A stretch of DNA of 64,000 bases from Brevinemataceae bacterium. GTDB taxonomy: Bacteria; Spirochaetota; Brevinematia; Brevinematales; Brevinemataceae. A program made the position numbers and the translations under genes. How positions within the stretch are numbered: the stretch's first letter is position 1; every line of letters starts with the position of its first letter. The stretch spans positions 11,058 through 75,057 of the forward strand of contig JBOFEA010000015.1 in the NCBI GenBank assembly GCA_051647535.1, read 5' to 3'. The notes beneath the pieces were generated by a model, which was not told the origin of the DNA, ran no database searches, and saw nothing but the letters and a program-made list of their open reading frames with translations. Of the stretch, positions 58,329 through 64,000 are shown in pieces.

Positions 58329-59105
58329 TTATTTGAAAGCCATTTTAATATAGCGTTTATTAATCACAAATAAAATAATAGAAATACCTATGATCAGCAC
58401 AGACAAAGCATTAATAGCAGGTGACACCCCAAATCTGATAGCCGAGTAAACATATATTGGCAATGTGGTTGATCCGGGACCGGATACAAAAAACGTAATA
58501 GCAAAATCATCTAAAGACATTGTCAATGCCAACACAAATGAAGCAGTTAATGCCGGAAACAGCATTGGAAGCAAAACTCTTGTCCAAATTTGAAACTCTC
58601 CTGCACCTAAATCTTTTGCAGCTTCCAACACAGACAAATCACTATCATTCAATACTGAAAGAATTAGCAACAGTGCAAATGGAATATTCATTGTTGTATG
58701 TGCAATAAATATTGATCCCACACCTAAAGGCAAAGCCATAAACACAAACAACGTAAGAAGAGATACTCCGACAATAAGATCCGGAAGCATTAAAGGCATA
58801 TAAGATAATGATAATAAAAACATCCGTAGCTTATTATTTTTGTGCCATATCGCCCATGCACCCATACAACCTAAAATCGTAGATAGCACTGCAGAACTCA
58901 CCCCAATAATAAAACTCATACCGGCAGCGAGCCACAATCGTTCAGAATTTAAAAATAATTCCTGATACCATTTGAAACTAAACCCTTCCCATTCGGATGA
59001 TTTGCCAAAATTAAAAGAAAAAATAAGAATCAGAACAATTGGTATATAAAAAATCAACATTGTTGAAACAAAAAATAATAAATTTACTATACGATGCTTT
59101 TTCAT
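58329..59105 (-). CDS. potC: Spermidine/putrescine ABC transporter permease PotC
   Basis: EAAKDLGAGEFQIWTRVLLP EAA loop. Start set to ATG 59105 (MKKHRIV), which forms an ATGA overlap with the potB stop. Confidence 0.85.
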   Translation of the reverse strand: MKKHRIVNLLFFVSTMLIFYIPIVLILIFSFNFGKSSEWEGFSFKWYQELFLNSERLWLAAGMSFIIGVSSAVLSTILGCMGAWAIWHKNNKLRMFLLSLSYMPLMLPDLIVGVSLLTLFVFMALPLGVGSIFIAHTTMNIPFALLLILSVLNDSDLSVLEAAKDLGAGEFQIWTRVLLPMLFPALTASFVLALTMSLDDFAITFFVSGPGSTTLPIYVYSAIRFGVSPAINALSVLIIGISIILFVINKRYIKMAFK

Positions 59106-60022
59106 TTTTTTTCCCTCATTACATAGGAATTTAATAGCATCAGCATCAATGCTGTTAAACAAATTACTGTAGATATTGCTGCAGCTAACGGCATATTTCT
59201 TCCGATTGTTGCATTATGGACAACCAAATTCCCCAGCATATAAGAATTCTGACCGCCCACCAAACGAGCTACGGCGTAGTTTCCAAACGTATTTATAAAT
59301 GAAAATAAAAATCCGGATGCAATTCCGCCTTTAATTCCAGGAAGATACACATATAAGAAACTTTGGAAAAATGAAGCTCCTAAATCTTCAGACGCTTCTA
59401 ATAAAGAAAAATCAAACTTCTCTATCGCAGAAAAAATCGGAATCACCGCAAACGGAAGACAAATATAAATAGAAATAAACGTAACTGAAATATTATTATA
59501 CAGTAAACTAATAGGTTTATCTATAATATTCACTGATAATAACAAAGAATTAATCAACCCGTTATTACCTAAAATTTTAATCCAAGAGAAAATCCTAATC
59601 AAAAAATTAGTCCAAAACGGAAGTATTAACAACAACAACAGATATTCTTTATATTGCGAGCGAAAAATAAAATGAGCAGTAGGAAGTGCAAGAATAACAC
59701 AAATTAACGATGCAATAAACGAAATCGAAGCTGTTCTCATCAAGGTAGCCGTCACACGAGGTTCAAATAATTCTTGATAAGCGGCAAGGGTAAAAGCAAA
59801 TTGGCCAAACGTATTTTTAAGTTGTTCGAATGCTTCTTTTATACCACTTTGGGCAAGTGTAGGATAAAACTCACGAATAGATGCCGCAATTCTATCCCAA
59901 GACTGATTATCAACAAACGATACAAATATTACCAACAACGTCGGAAAAATAAAAAACAAACTCATCCATATTAAATAAGGAGTTGTATATAAGGCTAAAT
60001 AGTTTTGATTATTGGTTTTCAT
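59102..60022 (-). CDS. potB: Spermidine/putrescine ABC transporter permease PotB
   Basis: EASEDLGASFFQSFLYVYLP EAA loop. Start set to ATG 60022 (MKTNNQ), with GAGGA 7 nt upstream, overlapping the potA 3' end by 14 nt. The track's longer form would overlap potA by 128 nt. Confidence 0.8.
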   Translation of the reverse strand: MKTNNQNYLALYTTPYLIWMSLFFIFPTLLVIFVSFVDNQSWDRIAASIREFYPTLAQSGIKEAFEQLKNTFGQFAFTLAAYQELFEPRVTATLMRTASISFIASLICVILALPTAHFIFRSQYKEYLLLLLILPFWTNFLIRIFSWIKILGNNGLINSLLLSVNIIDKPISLLYNNISVTFISIYICLPFAVIPIFSAIEKFDFSLLEASEDLGASFFQSFLYVYLPGIKGGIASGFLFSFINTFGNYAVARLVGGQNSYMLGNLVVHNATIGRNMPLAAAISTVICLTALMLMLLNSYVMREKK

Positions 60023-61145
60023 CGGCATCCTCGATATGTACAATATAGGAATCATCAGCATCCCATAAATACCAAGCTTCATCACCCCAATGAACGATTT
60101 CCGTCCCGTCTTCAAAGAAAATATCATGTTGCTCAAAAGCTTTCAAATAAAAATCATATCCAGGAATTTGTAAGAAATATTTACTTTGAAATCCGGAGTA
60201 GATAACATCGTAAACCTTTCCTTTAACTAAATTATGCCATTGATTGGGAAGTTCGGGTTTATTTTTCAATACTTCAATTTTTTCAGGACGTATTGTTAAA
60301 CAAATGTTCTGTCCGACTGATACATTTTTATCCATTTCTACAATAATTTCACCTAAATCACACGCAATTCGTGCATGAGTTTGGTCTAAAATCTCCGTCA
60401 CTCGGCCTTTAATAAAATTATTTTCTCCAATAAAATCAGCAACAAAAACATCTGCAGGAGTTTCATACAACTGCACTGGTGTTCCTACCTGTAGTACTTC
60501 ACCTTCATTCATTACCGCAATACGATCCGATACACTTAACGCTTCTTCTTGATCATGCGTCACCAAGATAAACGTAATTCCTACTTCATCATGAATTCTA
60601 TCCAGTTCTAAGAGCATATGCTGGCGTAATTTGGCATCAAGTGCTGATAACGGTTCATCGAGCAAAAGCACTTTCGGTTCATTTGCCAAGGCTCTAGCAA
60701 TTGCAACACGCTGTTGCTGTCCGCCAGATAACTGCGATGGATATTTATACAAATGCTTTTCTAAACGTGCCAGCCCCGCATAAGATAATACTTTTTCATG
60801 AAATTCCGCTTCTTTCATTCCTTTTACCCGAAACGAAAAAGCAATGTTTTCATACACCGTAAGGTGTGGAAATAATGCGTATTTTTGAAAGATCGTATTC
60901 ACAGGACGTTTGTTTGAAGGTGTATTAGTCATATCATGATCACCAAGAAATACACATCCTTCATCAGGTTTGAGAAATCCGGCTATGATACGCAAAAGTG
61001 TTGTTTTACCACATCCAGAAGGTCCCAGCAATGAAAAAAATTCTCCGGATTTAATATCCAGTGAAACATTTTTAAGGGCATGGTATGAATCATAAAAGTG
61101 GTTTATATTTTTGATAGAAATAGAATTATTGACAAAGTTATACAT
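60009..61145 (-). CDS. potA: Spermidine/putrescine ABC transporter ATPase PotA
   Basis: GPSGCGKTT, LSGGQQQRVAIARAL, LLLDEPLSALD, C-terminal TOBE-like domain. Confidence 0.88.
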   Translation of the reverse strand: MYNFVNNSISIKNINHFYDSYHALKNVSLDIKSGEFFSLLGPSGCGKTTLLRIIAGFLKPDEGCVFLGDHDMTNTPSNKRPVNTIFQKYALFPHLTVYENIAFSFRVKGMKEAEFHEKVLSYAGLARLEKHLYKYPSQLSGGQQQRVAIARALANEPKVLLLDEPLSALDAKLRQHMLLELDRIHDEVGITFILVTHDQEEALSVSDRIAVMNEGEVLQVGTPVQLYETPADVFVADFIGENNFIKGRVTEILDQTHARIACDLGEIIVEMDKNVSVGQNICLTIRPEKIEVLKNKPELPNQWHNLVKGKVYDVIYSGFQSKYFLQIPGYDFYLKAFEQHDIFFEDGTEIVHWGDEAWYLWDADDSYIVHIEDADENQ

Positions 61146-61522
61146 AAATCAATCCTTTAATAATATATAATTAAAAAAACAGATAGAAATCAGTTTAAAA
61201 TAAAACAAAATAAGAACAATTATCCAGTATAATAAAACAGAAAAATTAGATAGAAACGAGTCAAATTCGAATAGCGATTTTTAACATAAATAAGATATGA
61301 AAATGAATAAGAGTGGGGAGATTATACCCAAAAACTTGATCAGAGAGTCGATAATAAGACAAAGAAAAATAATACATGATGGCTCTTAACCTCCAAATAC
61401 AAAACTTTGCCTTAAGTAAGACAGACAGAAATTATTATAAATCATTTCAATAATTTTGTCAATATATAAATAAAATTATATTTATTAGTACATTAATTTT
61501 GTGTAAGTAAGAGATACATCCA

Positions 61523-63016
61523 TTATTTGGAACGAGCATCGGATATTTTCTTTTTGATCAACAAACATCCGTTTGTAATTAATGCTGTACCCACACATGT
61601 GGTAATTGTGATAAAAGCCAGACCAAATTCAAATATTTTTGGTTGTTGATACCCTGGAATTAAATTTAATATTTTTGCAGGATTTCCTATGTACAAAGCC
61701 ACAAGAACAGAAACGATTACTCCGCTCCATGCAGATTTGGTATTAACTTTAGTCAACATACCCAAGAGAAAAACCGCAACAATAGGACCACCCATTAATC
61801 CAAGTATTGTATTAAATAAAATAAACATATTAGTTTGATTGTATTTGAGAAGATACAAAGCCACTAAAATACTCAAAAATCCTGCTACAAAACAAACAAT
61901 TCGAGCATACTTAACTTTTTGATGATCAGACAAATCGGATTTACGTAGCACTAAAAAATCCATCACCACACAAGCCGAAATCGAATTAATACTTGAAGAA
62001 ATAGTGGATTGGGCTGCAGCAAAGACAGCAGAAATGACCAACCCGGAAATACCTATAGGAAGATTATAAACCGCAAAATAAGGCATGACAGCATTACTAT
62101 TTTTCAAAATAGGAAGAAGTGTAGGATTGTATTTGTAAAATAAATAGATCGCCGACCCCATCCCCAAAAACATTATGATACTTGTTAATAACAAAGGTAT
62201 TTGACCCAAAAGAGCTCTTTGAGCTTCTTTTACAGTCTTTGTAGAATTATATCGTTGAACAATATCCTGTGATCCTATATAGGCATAAAGATCATTAAAA
62301 ATCACCCCAAACCATAATGCCCACAATGTCGGACGCGTAAAATTAAAAGATAATTCATCAGGAGTAAATATTTTATTATCTTCATAAAGCACACGAAAAG
62401 GATTAACACCTTCAGGAACTGCCGCAAAACCATAATAAATAACCAATACCGCTCCGGCAATCAAAATAAAAGCTTGAATTGTATCTGTCCAAACTACTCC
62501 GCTAAATCCTCCCGCAACCGTATAAATAATAGATAAAAATCCAATACTCAATATAATAAATACAGGATGGATATCAGGAATAATTTCCATAAATATTACA
62601 GCAGGGATAAAAATAATAATACCAATACGTATAATATGAAAAAGAATAAACATAGCACTAGCAAACATACGCATAGATTTATTAAATCGATTTCCTAAAT
62701 ATTCATAAGCAGTAATATAATTCCACTTTCTAATAAAAGGTACAAAAAAATATGCGGCTAACAGAACCACAACAATATCCCCTAATACTGCAACTCCAAA
62801 AAACCATCCATTATTATAAACATTAGCAACATTTGATACATAAGATATCACAGATAACACAGTTGCGTACATACTGAATGCAGCAACCCAAGAAAAAACG
62901 TTTCTACCACCGACAAAATATTTCTCGCTACTGTTATTACTTTTAGAAAAAAAACTACCTAATAAAAAAAGACCAGTCAAATAGACACAAACAATCCCCC
63001 AATCAATATATGACAT
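61523..63016 (-). CDS. Sodium:solute symporter family (SSF) transporter
   Basis: 13-14 TM segments. YFVGGRN, then GGFSGVVWTDTIQ, typical of SSF. Start set to ATG 63016 (GGGGA upstream) rather than 63073. Confidence 0.8.
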   Translation of the reverse strand: MSYIDWGIVCVYLTGLFLLGSFFSKSNNSSEKYFVGGRNVFSWVAAFSMYATVLSVISYVSNVANVYNNGWFFGVAVLGDIVVVLLAAYFFVPFIRKWNYITAYEYLGNRFNKSMRMFASAMFILFHIIRIGIIIFIPAVIFMEIIPDIHPVFIILSIGFLSIIYTVAGGFSGVVWTDTIQAFILIAGAVLVIYYGFAAVPEGVNPFRVLYEDNKIFTPDELSFNFTRPTLWALWFGVIFNDLYAYIGSQDIVQRYNSTKTVKEAQRALLGQIPLLLTSIIMFLGMGSAIYLFYKYNPTLLPILKNSNAVMPYFAVYNLPIGISGLVISAVFAAAQSTISSSINSISACVVMDFLVLRKSDLSDHQKVKYARIVCFVAGFLSILVALYLLKYNQTNMFILFNTILGLMGGPIVAVFLLGMLTKVNTKSAWSGVIVSVLVALYIGNPAKILNLIPGYQQPKIFEFGLAFITITTCVGTALITNGCLLIKKKISDARSK

Positions 63017-63225
63017 CACGTCCCCTCTCTTATAATACAAACCACTATAGTAAAAAATATTTTTAAAGCTCAAAATACTTATAAAAAATCTATTATAATA
63101 GTTTGTATGTGATTATAAATTATTTTATTGGGTTTGTCAAATATTGATTATAAGAAGACATACAACACGTCATATAATAACAAAAGGATTATTTGAAATA
63201 AGTAAAAAAAATATTTTTATTTAGT

Positions 63226-63263
63226 AAAAAATAAAAGGCTTATTAAAAAGCCTTTTATTTTTT
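63226..63263. terminator. Intrinsic terminator after the 170-aa membrane protein gene
   Basis: AAAAAATAAAAGGCTT-attaaa-AAGCCTTTTATTTTTT. Confidence 0.7.
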
Positions 63264-63304
63264 ACTGTAGAGATTACGAAAGTAATAGTTAATTTGATCA
63301 AAAA

Positions 63305-63817
63305 TTATTTATGGTCTTGAAATTTCTCAATAATGTTTTTAGAATGTTTTTCAACATCTTCAGCATATTTTTTAACATATTCCTTATGTTCTTCAATTTT
63401 GTTTATATCATCATGGAAAGCTTCATTAAATGTACTCCAATTTTTTTGAATTACATGAGTAAGGTGTTCAGCTGTTTTGACGATATAATCATTACTTTTT
63501 TCAAGAGAGTCTCTAATTGATTTTCGATTATGATCATCGAGAAAAATACCGACTAATAGTCCGAGGATAAATCCGACACCGGGAACAAAGATTAATCCGG
63601 CACCAATAGCAAGGCCTCCAAATCCCAAAAGAAAAGAAAGGACGGATTTTTTATTCATATGTTGAAAATAAAGATAAATAGAGGAATAAGTTTTATTAGC
63701 TAATTTAGCTGTTTCATGATAAGCTTCTCCGAATTTTTCCTTAATACTTTCGGCCAATTTATCGGTATTTTCACGAATTTCTTCTTCAAGATGATGAATA
63801 TTGTCTTTAAATTTCAT
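63305..63817 (-). CDS. Hypothetical membrane protein with Gly-rich central TM hairpin flanked by charged helical regions (YtxH-like look)
   Basis: AAGGAG lies 7 nt upstream of ATG 63817 (MKFKDNIHHLEEE). Central FLLGFGGLAIGAGLIFVPGVGFILGLLVGIFL. The track's longer start at 63904 lacks an SD. Confidence 0.5.
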   Translation of the reverse strand: MKFKDNIHHLEEEIRENTDKLAESIKEKFGEAYHETAKLANKTYSSIYLYFQHMNKKSVLSFLLGFGGLAIGAGLIFVPGVGFILGLLVGIFLDDHNRKSIRDSLEKSNDYIVKTAEHLTHVIQKNWSTFNEAFHDDINKIEEHKEYVKKYAEDVEKHSKNIIEKFQDHK

Positions 63818-63938
63818 AACATTCTCCTTTAGATTGTGTTGTATTAGATTATATTTTATTGTTAATAACAAATAAAAATTAATAATGAAAGGAAGCATCG
63901 TCAAGTAATAAGAAAATTAAAATTTTTGAAGAAAAGAC

Positions 63939-63967
63939 TTGACAAAAAAAAAAAAAATATATATAAT
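63939..63967 (+). promoter_or_regulatory. Consensus sigma70 promoter upstream of a tRNA gene
   Basis: TTGACA (63939-63944), 17-nt spacer that begins with an A13 run, TATAAT (63962-63967). The tRNA 5' end follows about 20 nt downstream. Confidence 0.6.
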
Positions 63968-63987
63968 ATTATACTTAATTAATCGAT

Positions 63988-64000
63988 CGGGGTATAGCGC
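63988..64000 (+). tRNA. 5' end of a tRNA gene truncated by the window edge (isotype not determinable; the CGGGG start is reminiscent of tRNA-Pro)
   Basis: CGGGGTA-T-A-GCGC fits a 7-nt acceptor stem, U8, N9 and the start of a GCGC D-stem. Only 13 nt are visible. Confidence 0.4.

Noticed and set aside
61270-61383. A 37-aa minus-strand ORF (MYYFSLSYYRLSDQVFGYNLPTLIHFHILFMLKIAIRI) with an upstream GGAGG in the 377-bp gap before potA, considered as a possible leader peptide
   Set aside because: The SD-to-ATG spacing is 12 nt, which is long. The sequence is low-complexity and AT-driven, and I know of no polyamine leader-peptide mechanism for bacterial potA. It is not supportable without expression data.

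Overview
AT-rich segment (by eye about one-third G+C or less, not computed) that is almost certainly from a spirochaete chromosome. It carries two tandem FlaA-type flagellar sheath genes, a contiguous fliP-fliQ-fliR-flhB-flhA-flhF-flhG export operon, an MCP, a PPi-dependent phosphofructokinase and CarD/YbeY. About 55 CDS are tightly packed and mostly housekeeping: rdgB, family-4 UDG, priA, rlmN, trpS, clpC, uvrB, accA, cyclophilin, a class B PBP, oppBCDF, potABCD, a DAACS transporter plus CoA-disulfide-reductase-like flavoprotein, and an SSF symporter. I see no transposase, integrase, phage module, CRISPR array, recognisable toxin-antitoxin pair or defence island, so I cannot honestly name a clear-cut new system. 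The least-explained signals are: (1) a near-perfect 78-bp x 4.26 tandem array with 156-bp higher-order structure just upstream of the fliP promoter, frame-preserving and sitting where fliO would normally lie; (2) two Maf/DUF115 (flagellin glycosyltransferase family) paralogues, each in an atypical tight operon (thioesterase-PAP2-Maf-MBL-TPR/SH3, and PBP-DUF502x2-Maf) with no nonulosonic-acid biosynthesis genes nearby; (3) an internally duplicated DUF502 protein; (4) a secreted ORF translationally coupled to flhG (positional FlgV candidate) and a small FlgM-like ORF; (5) an OMP / S55-peptidase pair, a WG-repeat protein with an unassigned 320-aa C-terminal domain, tandem small paralogues, and several strong palindromes. 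Several ORF-track starts were moved to internal ATGs backed by SD sequences or upstream promoters. All function calls rest on motif recognition from memory; no searches were run.
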